Source: Gnetum montanum
Taxonomy: Eukaryota; Plantae; Gnetophyta
Assembly: GCA_015680685.1 (NCBI GenBank)
Contig: MNCI01002984.1
Coordinates: forward strand, 68,221 to 132,220
Length of the DNA: 64,000 nt
Reading direction: 5' to 3'
Position 1 is the stretch's first letter. Every line of letters begins with the position of its first letter. Under the pieces are notes generated by a model, which ran no database searches, had not been told where the DNA came from, and saw only the letters and a program-made list of their open reading frames with translations. The position numbers and the translations under genes are program-made. Below are positions 1 to 13,299 of this stretch, one piece after another.

Positions 1-2730
1 TCTGCAAAACCTTTTGGTTGGAGCATGTAAATCTCTTCTTCAAGATCTCCATGAAGAAAAGCAATTTCACATCTAGTTGTTCTAGATGTAGGTCAAACAT
101 AGCACACATTGCTAGAACTACTTCGATTGTTGTAATTCTAACCATAGGAAAAAATATTGCGTTGAAGTCAATTCCTTCTTTTTGAGCATATTCCTTTACC
201 ACCAATCTTGCACGATATCACTCCACTTGGTTGTTACTATCATGTTTGATCTTGTAGATCCATTTGTTTCCAATAGCCTTTCTTCCTTGTGGTAGTGTAA
301 CAAGATCCCATGTCTTGTTTTTGTGTAAAGCTTCAATCTCCTCCTGCATTGCTGCCATTCACAAAGATACATTTGAACTTTTAAGAGCCTCATGTAAAGT
401 TGAGGGCTCTACATCCTCCGTTAAAAGGCAGTATGTAATAATATTTTTAGTAACATAATCTAAGTGCCAAGTTGGTGATATTTTTGCTCATGATGATCGA
501 AAAACTTCATAAGCCTCAAACTTGACTAATTATTTCTCTTCATACATTGATGTTGCTTTAGAAGTAACTGGATCTTCAAATTTTTTCTTATGTTCTACCT
601 AGATTCTAGTAGTCTTTGAATTCTCCTTTGAAGTGCCATCATCTCCCTTCTCTTGCATTTTATCTTCTACAAATATCACATCTTTTCTGATGGCCACCTT
701 GTGGGTAGTGATATCCCATAGGCGATACCCCCCCACTCCATTAGCATACCCTAAGGAGATACATTTCTTTTGGATCCAACTTTGATCTTTCTTGGTCATT
801 GTACATCACGTACAGAAAACTTCCAAATCTATGGAGATGAGAATAAAAAGTCAGCTTACTAGTCCACATTTCTATTGGTGTTTTTAGATCAATCGTAGTT
901 GATGGAGACCGATTGATTAAATAGCAAGTGGTATTGACTGCTTCTGCCCAAAATGACTTAGTTAGATTTGCAACCCTCAACATTGATCTTGTTTTTTTCC
1001 AACAAGGTTTTATTCATTTGTTCTACCACTTCATTTTGTTGAGGAGTGTGTGCTACTGTGAACTACCTCTTGATGCCTTCTTGTTGACAAAATGCATCAA
1101 ATTCATCACTTGTATATTCTCCTCCATTATCTATCCTTAGAAACTTGATCCTTTATTTGGACTCAAGTTCTACCTGTGCTTTAAAAACTTTGAAGACTAA
1201 AAAAACATCCACCTTCCTTTTAATTGGATACACCCAACATCTCCTGGAGTAATTATCAATGAAAGATACAAAGTATCTTGCTCCTCCAAGGGAAGTGAGT
1301 GGTGCTTGCCAAACATCAAAGTGCATCAAGTCCAAGATGCCTCTACTCTTAGCTGTTGATGTGCTAAACTTTAATCTATGTTTCTTACTAGTAACATAAT
1401 GCTCACAAAATGGTAAACATACCGAATTGAGCCTAGGAAGTAGTCTCTATTTAGAGAGAGTCTTCAAACCTTATTCTAACAGGTGACCAATCTTTCGATG
1501 CTACAACATCGTCAATTCTTCTTTCAAACTAGTTGATGCAATAGAAGACTCTCCCACTTGATGTGTGTTCCCCAAAAGCATGTACAAATTTGCAACAATC
1601 TTTTCTACCTTCATTACCACAAGTGCACCTTTGGTAATCTTCAAGATCCCCTTTCTCTATATGCATTTTACACCCAACATCATCTAGTTGTCCTAAAGAC
1701 AATAGATTTTCTTCAAGCCTTCCATATGATGTACCTCTTTTATGATGTGAATAGTGCCATCATACATCTTTATCTTGATAGTAACACCACTAGTGATTTT
1801 CAAAGCATGATCATTTCCCATGTACACAGATCCTTCTGAGATTGGTTTGTAGTGATAAAACCATTCTCTTCGAGAGGTCATGTGCCATGTTGCTCTTGAA
1901 TCCAAGATCCAAGAATTAGTGAGCTTCTATCTGCCTTCAGCAATAGTTGCCTTACTGTATAGAACATCACCATAATATGAGGTACTTTCCACATTCCCTT
2001 AAGGATTATTTTCATTACTCTTCTTGTTCTGGCACTCCTTCTTCAAGTGTCCTCTCTTACCATAGTTGTAGCAAGTAATGTTTTTCTTTTTACTTCTTGA
2101 CTTGGATCTACCATGAATTTGGTTCCAATTGGAATCATGTTTCATGGATCTCCCTCTCATCATTGTTAAGGCCTCTACCTTGTGTTCCAACCTATCTTCC
2201 TTGTTCTTGCATTGAATTTCTTCTTCAAGAACCATAGCTACAACCTCATCGAAGACAAGATCATTCATAAGGACATTGTTATTCAAGTTGATGATGAGTT
2301 GATCATATGAATCAGGTAGACTTTGAAGTAGCATCTACTTTATAGCCCAACAATGTGAGTTGAGCAAATAAAGTATTTAGGATGTTGATATGATTAGTTA
2401 TCGATGAGGTTTTTGCCATACGAAGAGTGTAGAGTCTTCTCTTCAAGAAGATTTTGTTGTGGAGTGATTTAGCCTTGTACAACATCTTCAAAGTATCCCA
2501 TATTTCCTTCGTTGTCTTCTTTTCTACAATACTTGAAAGAACCCCATCTACTAGTGCCAATTGTAAATTGGAAATAACATTACCATCCATTTCATTCCAC
2601 TTGTCATCATTCGTGACCTCTTGCGGCCTTTCTCCAAGAGCCGTTAGGCAATTATCTTTACGCAAAATTGCCTGTATATTCATTTTCCACAATGTGAAGT
2701 TGCTTCCATTGAACTTCTATTTCATAATTT
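1..2730 (-). pseudogene. copia gag-pol, disrupted by stops and frameshifts
   Basis: ORF fragments 2312-2692, 1999-2334, 1693-1905, 1153-1335, 741-983, 599-799 in copia domain order. Confidence 0.92.
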
Positions 2731-2790
2731 CCAGTCATTTTGTAAAATTTGTATGCATGATCTACAACACTTCCATGGACTATGAATGTG

Positions 2791-2802
2791 GATCTAATAC
2801 CA
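2791..2802 (-). promoter_or_regulatory. primer-binding site (degenerate tRNA-iMet type)
   Basis: Reverse complement TGGTATTAGATC versus canonical TGGTATCAGAGC, just upstream of gag. Confidence 0.7.
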
Positions 2803-2803
2803 C

Positions 2804-3226
2804 TATTAGTAGATTTGGTAGCAAAATATGAAATGAGATGAAAATAAAGAGCAATGGAACCATAGGCAAATGTAGAAGGATCTTATTATCAAAAATGGAA
2901 ATAACAAGCTTCTCTCTTCATCACAAGGAGAGAACAAGAAGAAGCCTCTCTCTCATGCAATAGGAGAAGAATGTAAGAGTGGGATGGAAAGGGCATGTAT
3001 GTGATGATGGATCTAAATTGAGGTGAGGGAGGTCCCTTTTATATTGGTGAAGTGTCCCTTAAATAATTAATGATAACCACCCACTATTTTAATATCCATA
3101 GTCAAATTTTAGCATGATAACCATGGCCTAAATTTATCATAATAACTATGGCCAACATGTTTCACCAAAAATACGTTGAACCATGAAAAACTATGTTGGC
3201 CAACATAGTTTCTGCTAGTTCCAACA
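2804..3226 (-). repeat. 5' LTR of the copia element
   Basis: Starts TGTTGG on minus at 3226, TATA-like AATATAAAAGG near 3036-3046, ends next to the PBS; partner LTR is outside the window. Confidence 0.65.
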
Positions 3227-3543
3227 TATTTTCTTTACACATCCACTACCCTCCTCCCCTATCGAAACATTCCCTCATGTGCCCCATGCACTAACATCAC
3301 CTTCCCTGTGCCTTTGCCTCTAGCCTCTGCCATGCTACATAAAACCCCCCACTACATCACCAGCACCACACTACATCGTTGTCACTAACTACATGTTACC
3401 ATGTTATCCCTTCTTCTCGAGCCACCATAACTTGGCAGTGGAAACTTTGCAATCATGAAAAACAAAAACAAAACAAAGTAAAAAATAAAAAATAAAACTC
3501 CCTTCACACACTGCATAGGCCTTGCAATACGTTGCATGGTGCC

Positions 3544-5089
3544 TGAGGAGGAAGAACTTAAAAGGGGGTTGAATAAGTTCCTCAAAAAGAAAATTGATCA
3601 ACCATAAAACCCACACTCAAATTTTATGTTGTTTTCTAACTTGGATACATTGATAGACACTCGGAGGGTAGAATCCTTGCACAAATTCAAACTTTGTTTA
3701 TTAAAAATGTGGTTTCAAGGGCATCACATCATATAAAAGAATTGATCTCCACAACACTAGAGTGTTTCATCATTGCAAAACCACTCAATCTCATAGAATC
3801 CCAACAAGCTCAATGTAGATGCATTCTCGCAAGAAGCACATCATATAAAAGAATTGATCACCACAACACTAGAGTGTTTCATCATTGCAAAACCACTCAA
3901 TCTCATAGAATCCCAACAAGCTCAATGTAGATGCATTCTCGCAAGAAGCACATCATATAAAAGAATTGATCTCCACAACACTAGAGTGTTTCATCATTGC
4001 AAAACCACTCAACCCGACAAGGTTCCAACAAGCTTAATATATGGTTACAAGGATCCCAAAACCTTTACAACATTAAGCTCTTCTCTAGAGTGGTTTGACG
4101 TTGCAAAACCACTCAACCCGACAAGGTTCCAACAAGCTTGATATGTGGTTACAAGGATCCCAAAACCTTTACAACATTAAGCTCTTCTCTAGAGTGGTTT
4201 GACGTTGCAAAACCCCTCAATCTCATAGAATCCCAACAAGCTCAATGTAGATGCATTCTCGCAAGAAGCACATCATATAAAAGAATTGATCTCCACAACA
4301 CTAGAGTGTTTCATCATTGCAAAACCACTCAATCTCATAGAATCCCAACAAGCTCAATGTAGATGCATTCTCGCAAGAAGCACATCAACAAAGTAGGTCA
4401 ACAAGAAAGGAAAAGAAATTACAATGAGAGAATGTAACTCAATTTACAAATTCCTTGTACCATGAAGTATAATCTCATAATAAATCAAACAAATGATGTG
4501 GCAATTCAAGTACATAAGTATAACAACATAATATAGACAATGATTTCTTAAATGTTGATAATGCTTGCATAATATCCAAGAGATTAAAGTCTTCTTATAG
4601 CCTTGGAGTTTCTAAAAACACCTGGAAATTCATGCAATTACTATTTAACAACTAGCATAGACATCTCTTTTGAAATTGGGATGTCTCTCTGAAATCAACT
4701 TTAATTCTAGGGAGATATCTCCTTCTTGGATGGGATGTCTCTGAGGAGACATCTTCTTTGAAATGAAGCTATCTCCTATTTTGGGAGATGTCTTCTTTTG
4801 ATAGAATTCCTCTCAACCAAGATGTCTTTTGTTCCATGGAGACATCTTATCAACTTTTAAGCTTTGGTTCCTGAGGCTTTTTCTTGTCGATTTAACTTCC
4901 TTTTAATTCTTGGAACATCTTCATTTAGCTTGTAGTCTTTGTACTTGTCCATGCTCTCATCTTGCCCATGTAGTCTTTACTTTGACATCTCTTTGTAGAT
5001 CTCATTCATGTCTTATAAAATCATCCCATTCCATAAACATTCTATGTTCTCCATTTTCCTTAAGGTTTTGACATACCAAAAGGTCAAAA
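3544..5089 (-). repeat. 3' LTR of SIRE element 1, enlarged by tandem duplications
   Basis: Aligns along its length to 9254-10326; adjacent PPT AAAAAGGAGAAGA. Confidence 0.85.
3725..4387. repeat. Near-perfect tandem array of 112-bp and 104-bp units inside the LTR
   Basis: CACATCATATAAAAG recurs at 3725, 3837, 3949 (period 112) and 4269; TTGCAAAACCACTCAACCCGACAAGG at 3997 and 4101 (period 104). Confidence 0.95.
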
Positions 5090-5492
5090 ATCTTCTCCTT
5101 TTTGGAGATGTCTAAATCTTAAAAAAATGTGTGAGTCAATAAAAAATTTAAATAATAATAATCAATAAAAATATTAAGGCATAAATTCCAATGGCAGCCA
5201 AGGTTATAATTAGGATAATGATTCTAAAGCTCAAGGCACAAGGTAGGGATCACATGAAAAATGAAACTATACTATGCAAACCTATCTTTGTAATAATGCA
5301 AAAACACATAGTCATGATTAGCATCAATTGTTCATAAGCCATTCATAAACTATCCTTACAACTAGTCATTCAAATATCCTCAACATGTACAAAACCACAT
5401 ATGTGCAAATACACAACAAAAACTACATACATCATCAAAAGTTGTCTCCCACTTTTTAGACATTATCAAAAAGGAGATAACACCCAAGGACT

Positions 5493-7116
5493 CTAATCAT
5501 TGACCTTAGTCACATCATCTAAATCTTCATTTGAAGTAGCTATAGCTTTAGCAAGTCTATAGGTCTCCTCCTCCTCATCATCATTGCTAGCACTGGTGCT
5601 AAACATGTGCTACTTGTCATCATCATCTGAAGAGGGTGATTGGATAGGAGCTCATCGTGGATGAAGCATCACTCAAAATTGAGATGAAGCTGATAGATTC
5701 AGCTCAGATGGAGCCTACTAAGAGGATGAGAAAACACCCTTCCTCTTATAGGTGATGGAATTGGTAGGCCTCCATTGGGATGAAGTCCTAAAGATGCTCT
5801 CCATGTCCTGCTACTCAAATGACCTAGGAGCATCATCTTGATGATGAAACTTGCGTCTAGGCTACATGGGATCAAAATTCTCCCCTGGACATGTGATGAT
5901 GGTGCATCAGGCTCCTTTGAATCAGACTCATTTCCTAAGTGATAGGCCCAGGAAGGTCCAAGTATTGCTAAATGTCTTAGTGGAGTAGGAAGGTCCTCCT
6001 CATTTTCTAAAATGTGAGGAGTTGTGATTTCCTCAAACTAGTGCCCATCAAGAGGAAGAGGTACTCCAACTACATCCATTCTCTTATGTAGGTACGAGAG
6101 AGTCCTACCAATCATCCCCATGGTATGAGCAAACGGCTGAAGTAGCTTCTTTAGGGAAGATCTCACCTATCCACTAACATAGTTGGACCTTCTTAATTGA
6201 GCAAAGGCTTAGGATGGTGGTGCTAATCTCTTATTCTAACACTGAGGTGGCTTGGTACTAGGTCCGGCTTCATTAGCATGGGAGGAGATCCTCTTTTCTA
6301 CATACTCACTAAAGCTCCTCTTTCCTTTGAGCAAAGGCATTTTAGAAATGGACATACCTCTTTGATGAATCAACAGATTGATAAGATGAGATGTCCAAAG
6401 ATCCTCTCTTTGGTGAACATACTTAGCATGTCACAGCAGAGAGTATAGCCCAAGTCCAATGGCTATCCTGTAAGAAGGTAGTATGGAATAAAAGCTTGGA
6501 CTGGAAGTAAATAGTTATATATTCCCCCTTTTACAATGATGTTATACAAGATAATGAGTAACAAAGTGGAAGCATCTAGAGACATCTTATTCCTATAAAT
6601 GCTCCCTATACCAAGAGATGTAGACTCCCTAGACAATGCATCATAGAATTCATCTTGAGTAGCAGTAATTACACCATTCATAAAAATATCATTCATGGAA
6701 TGAATGGTAACCAAGAAGACATCAGCACTAGAGATCCCAAGAAGTGCATTGACCACTTGAGGAGATACATCAATCATAAAACCCCCAACTAAGGTAGTAA
6801 ATGCCCCAACAATAGCATTCGCAATGACAATGTTACTATAAAACTCCCAAATGAAAACTTCATGCACACAAAAATCAACGGAAATGAAGGTAATCCAATT
6901 TAACACTAGGAAGAAATTCATTAATGCTTGTTTCCTACACTAAGGGAAGGATAGAGAATGCTCATAAATGATGGAAATGATTTGAGTTATCTCAAACTAG
7001 TGTTGGGCATTGATGGACCTAAACTAGGGGTTGTATGTGCTTAGATTGTTGGTGGATGCTCCTCTTGAACTCTTCTTTGGTAGTGCCCTTGATGTTCCAA
7101 CCTTCTTGTGGGCCAT
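5493..7116 (-). pseudogene. ORF2, Sirevirus env-like / putative plant transposon protein, degenerate
   Basis: MAHKKVGTSR..LNWITFISVDFCVHEVFIWEFYSN..GFMIDVSPQVVNALLGI..TLLLIILYNII; acidic C-terminus; lies between gag and the PPT. Confidence 0.65.
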
Positions 7117-7489
7117 GGATGCACAAATCATTGTTGATGGTAGGGCCTTGATCATCTCTCCTTGGTCTTCTCATTGAAAATGAGTCAGAAAGAAGGATTT
7201 GGATTTATATAATCATGTCAAAAAAGGGTCTTTAATGAAAGAGTAGATGTCTCCTTTGAAAGATAGACATCTTCTCTGCATCTAAATCTACAAGTAGATG
7301 TCTCTTTTGGAAAGTAGAGGTCTCTACCACATTCAAGGAAAACTCAAGTAGACATCTACTTTTGGAAGTAGATGTCTTCAAGGAGACATCTCTTCAGGAT
7401 GAGGTTCAATAAGATGGGCTTCAGGAATGGCTACCAAGGATTATGGTCTTAAGATATATACAAAATGAATCAAAGACTTACATGTACTT

Positions 7490-9198
7490 ACCTTTCTTGC
7501 TCAAGAGAATGAAGGTGCCTAGTAAGCTTGAGCATGAGATTCCTCTTTTGACGTTTCTCTTCTAACATAAACTTCTTTGATTTTGAAGGCTTGGCTTCCT
7601 TTCACAAAGTTGTTGGAGAGAGTCTTCTCATTCTCATGTTTCTTCCTTTTTATTCTTCATACTTAACTTCCTTATTCTTTCGAGTTGTCCTCCATTCCTT
7701 TTTGTCCTGCAATATTTCCTTTTTAGGTGCATTTGGAGAAGACCAAGGAGTCTTATGATACGACTAGGTGTTCATGTGATAATATCTTAAATTGCACTTC
7801 TATTTCTTATGCCCAAATTTATTACAATAATAACATCTAACCTTCCTATATTTATTAAAGTGATTAAACCTTGGAGCTGCTCTTGGTTGAAATGTAGTGC
7901 CTATTGATTCTTCATTCTTTGAAGAAGTCTTTTGTTGAGATGGAGCCTATCTAGATGCTTCTTCTTGTGCACAACATCCCAACCCACTTCCTTAATCTAC
8001 TCATAAGATTTTATTAGCTCTTTATTCTTAACCCTTAGGTCTAATACTTCTTTTTTCATATCAAAAACTATTATATTTAATAAATAGTTCCTTACACAAT
8101 AAGTCATACCTCTCTTCCTTAGTCTTATATTGATCATCATATGAGATGTCAACATCATCATCTATGAGGGCCATGAAGATGAGGTGTGAATCTTTTGCAT
8201 CGTTTTCCATCTCTTCTTTGTTCTCCATCATCCCAAATTATGAAGAAGTTGGTCTTTTTTATATCCACATAATTCCTATATTTCTATTATAATCTATCAT
8301 TACTAGGACATTCAAAGGCCACATGGCCTCTTCCACCACAAACCTAACATTATATCGAAATTAGAGTTTGATGAATACTTACTTTTGACCTTACCTTTAG
8401 AATTAGATTGATTTGGTTCTTGTTGATTGAAGTTCTTTTCTTTTATTGCAAGTAGCCATTGGATTCTTCTTGAAAGAAAAGTTATCTTCTCTATGCTACT
8501 CTCATCATGCTCAACAAGCTCCTTTTCTTTGTAGGCTAATTTTAGGGCAATGGGCTTTTTTTTATTTCTTTTTCGCTTATGAGGTTTATTTCATAATCAA
8601 TAAGAGCACTTTAAATATCTTTGAATTTTAGAACTAAAAAATCTCTAATCTCTTCCATAGCTATGACCTTAGGTTTAAATTCTAGCTATAGAGTGCTAAT
8701 CATTTTTATTATCACATCACTTCAGGCAGGTCCATGCTTGTGCCACAAATTGCCACAACTAGATTGTTTTCCCTAGAGAAATAATCTTTTAGCTTTTCAC
8801 CTTTTCTCATTCTAAGCTTATCATACTCACTTTGCAACACTAAAAGTTTAGATTGCTTAAATATTAATGTTCCCTCATAGGTAGCTTCTAAAGTTTCCCA
8901 AATATCTTTAGCAGTTTTACACCTAGCTATTCTATTAAATTCAAATTTATTCAATGCACAATATAAACATTTTTTTTGCTTTAGAATCATGCATAAACTT
9001 GTCTCTTTCTTCTTGTGTCCACTTTCTCTGGGGCTTGATGGCCTTTGTTGTACTATCAATGGGCAGTTTTTAGCCTTCAAGGATGGACTCCCACACTTCA
9101 AACTCCATAGACTCAAAGAAGCCTTGCATCCTCGCTTTCCAATAGGCAAAGTCAGATCCATTGAACATTGTTGGGTTTGTGTAGGATGTCCCCTCCAT
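7490..9198 (-). pseudogene. SIRE-type gag (UBN2 plus two zinc knuckles), degenerate
   Basis: LYCALNKFEFNRIARCKTAKDIWETLEATYEGT; homologous to 24271-24416 plus 61870-63620. Confidence 0.88.
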
Positions 9199-9253
9199 AG
9201 TTCACTTTTGAAAGTTAATGTTGAATAAAAGAGTACTAGACTCTAATATCACT

Positions 9254-10326
9254 TGAAGATTAAGACTTATAAGGGGGGGTTGAATAAGTTCCCCAAAAGG
9301 AAAATTGATCAGCCATAAAAACCACACCAAAATTTTGCATCCACACTTGAAGGGTAGAATCCTCACACACCTCTAAACTTTATTTTTCAAAAATGTAGTT
9401 TGAAGGGCACCACACACTATATAAGCATTAAGCTCTAGACTAGAGTGTTTTTTCACTACGAAACCACTCAATCTTGTAAGGTCCCAACAAGCTCAGTATG
9501 GGTTTCAAGGATTCCACAACCTTTACAAAATTGATCTCCTACAAAACCACTCAATCTCATAGGATTTCAACAAGCTCAATACAGATTCCTTCTCATAATA
9601 AGCATATCAACCTCATAGGGCAACAAGAAAAGAAAAGAAATTAATAGGAGGGAATGTAACTCAATTTACAAATTCCTTGTACAATGAAGTATAATCTCAC
9701 AAAAAATCAAAAAAATGATGTGAAAATTCAAGTACACAAGTATAACAACATAAGATAGATAATGATTGCTTAGATGTTCATAATTCTTGTATAATACCCA
9801 AGAGATTGAAGTCTTCTTATAGCCTGGAAGTTTCCAACAACATCTTGGAATTCATGCAATAGCTATCTAATGGCTTGTGTAGATGTCTCCTTCAAGATTA
9901 GGACATCTTTCTAAAATCAATTTCAATTCTAGGGAGACATCTTCTTCTTGGTTGGGATGTCTCTGAGAATATGTCTTTGGGGAGACATCTTCTTTAAAAA
10001 GAAGATGTTTCTTTTTTTTGGAAGATGTCTTCTTTTGATAGACTTCCTCTTAGCCAGGATGTATTCTATTCCTTAGAGACATCTTCTCAAATTTTGAGCT
10101 CTAGTTCTTGAGGCTTTTTCTTGTTGATTTAGCTTCCTCTCAATCCTTGGAACATCTTCATTTAGCTTGTAGTCTTTTTACTTGTCCATGCTCTCATCTT
10201 ACCCATGTAGTCTCCACTTTGACATCTCTGTGTAGATCTCATTCATGTCCTACAAAATCATCCCATCCCACAAAAATTTTATGTTCTCCATTTTCCTTAA
10301 GGTTTTAACATACCTAAAGGCCAACA
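9254..10326 (-). repeat. 5' LTR of SIRE element 1
   Basis: TGTTGG..TCTTCA termini on minus, followed by AG and PBS TGATATTAGAGT; cluster of AGACATCT/AGATGTCT motifs. Confidence 0.88.
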
Positions 10327-13299
10327 ACCACATCTTGCCACATCATTTTCACTTACTATCATCCACCTGCATCACTACAACCACAACAAAAATCTTTTCC
10401 AATCCTAAAAAATCATAGATTTACATAGGCTGCATGGTCTTGCAAAGGCAATGCCACCTTTCTTAGGGCTACATAGCCCTTCTTAGGGTCATGTTGATTT
10501 ATTACCCTACAATGCCCTTAGATGTGGTCCCACTATCCATACCCTCATGCATCATTCCATGCCCTAGTACTGCACACCCTGCTATGATCCTATTACCCTC
10601 ACATGACCACACTCTACCCTGTGGTAGTCCTACTCCTTTACTTTGCTACCATATTCCATTCCTTTTCGACTAGACTGCAACACTACCCAGCTGCCTTCTA
10701 TCAAACTGCTCATCAGAGTACTTGCCATTGCCACCATTACACTGCTCACCATAGTTGCACTACTATTCACTTGATGTTATCCTATGACCTTGCTGTGACC
10801 TTCTACCACCAATTTTTTTAAAAAAATATGCTAAAAAATAAAATGTGTTGGCCAATGTATTTTTCATGGGGCTAGCATATGTTGTTGAATATAACTTTTT
10901 AAAATCTTGTTTACTTAAAAACAATAAAAAAAGTATTATTAAATTTAATACTATTTTACCTTACTCCACCTAGTTGGCCATGTTTTAAATAGTTTAAAGT
11001 TGATTTTTACCCTACCTTTACCTTTTTTTACCAAGTCTCATCTTGCTTTTGCCTCATTGTGGCATGGCCCACTGAAATAGGTGCCTACTATTGACCCACT
11101 AAGGCTTAAAACTAGCAAGATCATGGCATGCTAAGGCCTAAAACTAGTAAAATGTGATCCTGATTGACCAATATTGACCATGTTTTATCACATGTTATCC
11201 ACCTTGACTAGTTTGAATTTGCTCCATTGTGTTTTGGCTTAATTTGACCTTGTTGTACATTGTTGACCTTTGTTGTCATATCACTTGGCATCATTTGACT
11301 TTATGTTCATCATTTTCACATTATCTAGCCTTGTTTCACCACATGTTTCTACCATTTGGCATCATTTGGACATTCATTGACTTGATTTAACATCTTTTGA
11401 TGTTATTTGACATTATTAAGGGTTTATTTGACCTTGTTTGGACACTGTTCTATGAGGTTTCAATCATCATTTAGCCTTTATTTGATCCTATCTTATATCA
11501 TTTGGCCTTGTTTCACCTTATTTGCCTTAACTTCTCTCTTATGTCCTTTGTTGACCTTATTCAACCTTGCCTAACATCATTTGATGGGGTTTGACCATCA
11601 TTTGACCTTTATTTGATCTCATTTTACATCATTTAGCCTCTTATTCCACCCTGTTACCCTAACCTACCCCTTTTAACCTCTAACGATCATGTTTTAACCT
11701 TATTTGACATCAATTTATTTTTTTCTGACTTAGCTCTACTTTATTATTAAATTATTTTACATTGTTTAAGAATTTCATTACACAGGTGTCACTTGATATG
11801 CTTATGTTGACATGTAGGATTGAGCTAAGAGGATGAGGAAGAAAATTTGAGTGGCCTTAAATCCTAACTAAGCCCCTCTTATGATGTTGTTAGACCAAGT
11901 TGACATAAAATATCCAAGCATTAAGCCTCAAGACCATTCTATCATAAAACATTAACATCCTAAAGTATCTTTATTACCATTGACCTTAAAGCCAAAAACA
12001 TCATGGAGGATTCCTTAGTCATAATTCCCATCTAAATCATGATGGTGAGGAGAAAGCACTTGAAACTAAGTTCCTCACTAGAACTTAAACCTACTCAAGA
12101 AATCATCAAACCCTTGCAATGCAACATTAAAGTCATTACATAGCATTGGTTACATCTAACACTTACATGTTTGCTTGTAGTATTATTTACCATTATTGAT
12201 AGGTTGCAAAAAATTACCAATGTTGATAACTCTGATGATCTACAACAAGCATGCCTACATGATCTCTCTTTCTTTCTATCTCTCCTTGTTTAGCACAATG
12301 AATGAGCTACGAGCTTTGTAAAATCTAATGCACATCATACATATCTCTCAATGTTGCATTGATAGTGATATATGGTGGCTTGGTTTGTTGGTTATCTCAT
12401 GTAGTCCTTTGCAATGTATTGTAACAACATGTTTTCTTTGTGTTGTTTTCTTGTTCTCTTGGAGTTGTGCTTGCAGGATGAATCTTGAAGTCATCGTGAA
12501 GGTGTAACTCATCATAGAAGTGAGTTACCATGTGACCTTGATGCATAAGATTTAGTTAGCTTGCTCTACCACACCAAGAGTGCTTGTTTCACATCACTCC
12601 TATTATCCCTCTTGAGCCACTATTCTGTAACCTAATTACAACCTTTCTTACTCTAACAACAATGATAAACTGTATTTGGCATTCATGAATCATGGTCATG
12701 TGACATCTCCTTTATCATAATTCATTGTCAAGTTCATTGGATGTAACACATCTCATTCAATGAGAAAACCAAACTGAGTTCGACCTCAATAATGAAACCT
12801 AATGAAGGTTTCATCCCACAAAGAAAAAAAAATGAAAATAAGGAAGAAAATTTCCAAGAAAGTCAAAATGTCAACAAAGCCCCAAAGATAAGATTAATGA
12901 CTCTAACCATACGAAGGGAATGAGCCTAATGGTCAAAGAAACCTTAGAGTCAACTTTTGGTTCCTTAACAATATTACTAAGTGAACAACACTTTGAAACA
13001 TGAAACATGAAGACTACATTGATTAGCCAACATGTCATTACCATACCATGACCATGATGTCGTCACATGAAACTCACTATTAACCCATGTGGTAAGTCCT
13101 TTATAATCAAATATAGCCTTTACCCTTTGTCACCTCACCATAATCTTATTTCATCATCACAAGTACTCTTTGGCATGGCTCAACAACTACAAAATCAAGC
13201 ATTGAGAGGAAATGCTAGTGATGGACTTGCAATGATGTTTTGCATTCTTTGTCAATGCCTCTCAGGTCAATCCTCAAAACATCAACAAAGAGGAGCCAA
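10327..13299 (+). mobile_element. Old, internally deleted Tat/Ogre-type gypsy remnant (internal part)
   Basis: TAAAACTAG motif at 11100-11150; pre-RT peptide DLKAKNIMEDSLVIIPI (about 11982-12030) matches DLEAGDVTKDPLVEIPV of the inner Tat element; 3' end 13240-13299 matches the reverse complement of 26753-26830; PPT AAAGAGGAGCCAA; left boundary uncertain. Confidence 0.6.

Larger units (their letters stand above)
1..3226 (-). mobile_element. Ty1/copia LTR retrotransposon (Tnt1/Tork-like), 5' part, degenerate; continues beyond window start
   Basis: Minus-strand order LTR-PBS-gag-PR-INT-RT. Fragments: MWKMNIQAILRKDNC..KSLHNKIFLKRRLYTLRM (UBN2 gag), CYNYGKRGHLKKEC (zinc knuckle), DSRATWHM (protease), HFDVW..YFVSFIDNYSRRCWVY and FWAEAVNTTCYLINRSPS (integrase), start of RT at <400. 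Confidence 0.93.
3544..10326 (-). mobile_element. Non-autonomous Sirevirus-like (SIRE) copia element: LTR-PBS-gag-ORF2-PPT-LTR, no pol
   Basis: Two related LTRs (3544-5089, 9254-10326) with the C-rich ATTCAACCCCCCC end motif, PBS at 9240-9251, SIRE-type gag, multiple PPT-like tracts (5091-5103, about 5445-5478); no matching TSD seen. Confidence 0.85.

Noticed and set aside
3694-4362. Three similar short ORFs
   Set aside because: Products of the tandem repeat inside an LTR
3539-10331. TSD for SIRE element 1
   Set aside because: Flanks GTGCC and ACCAC do not match; the element is old or recombinant
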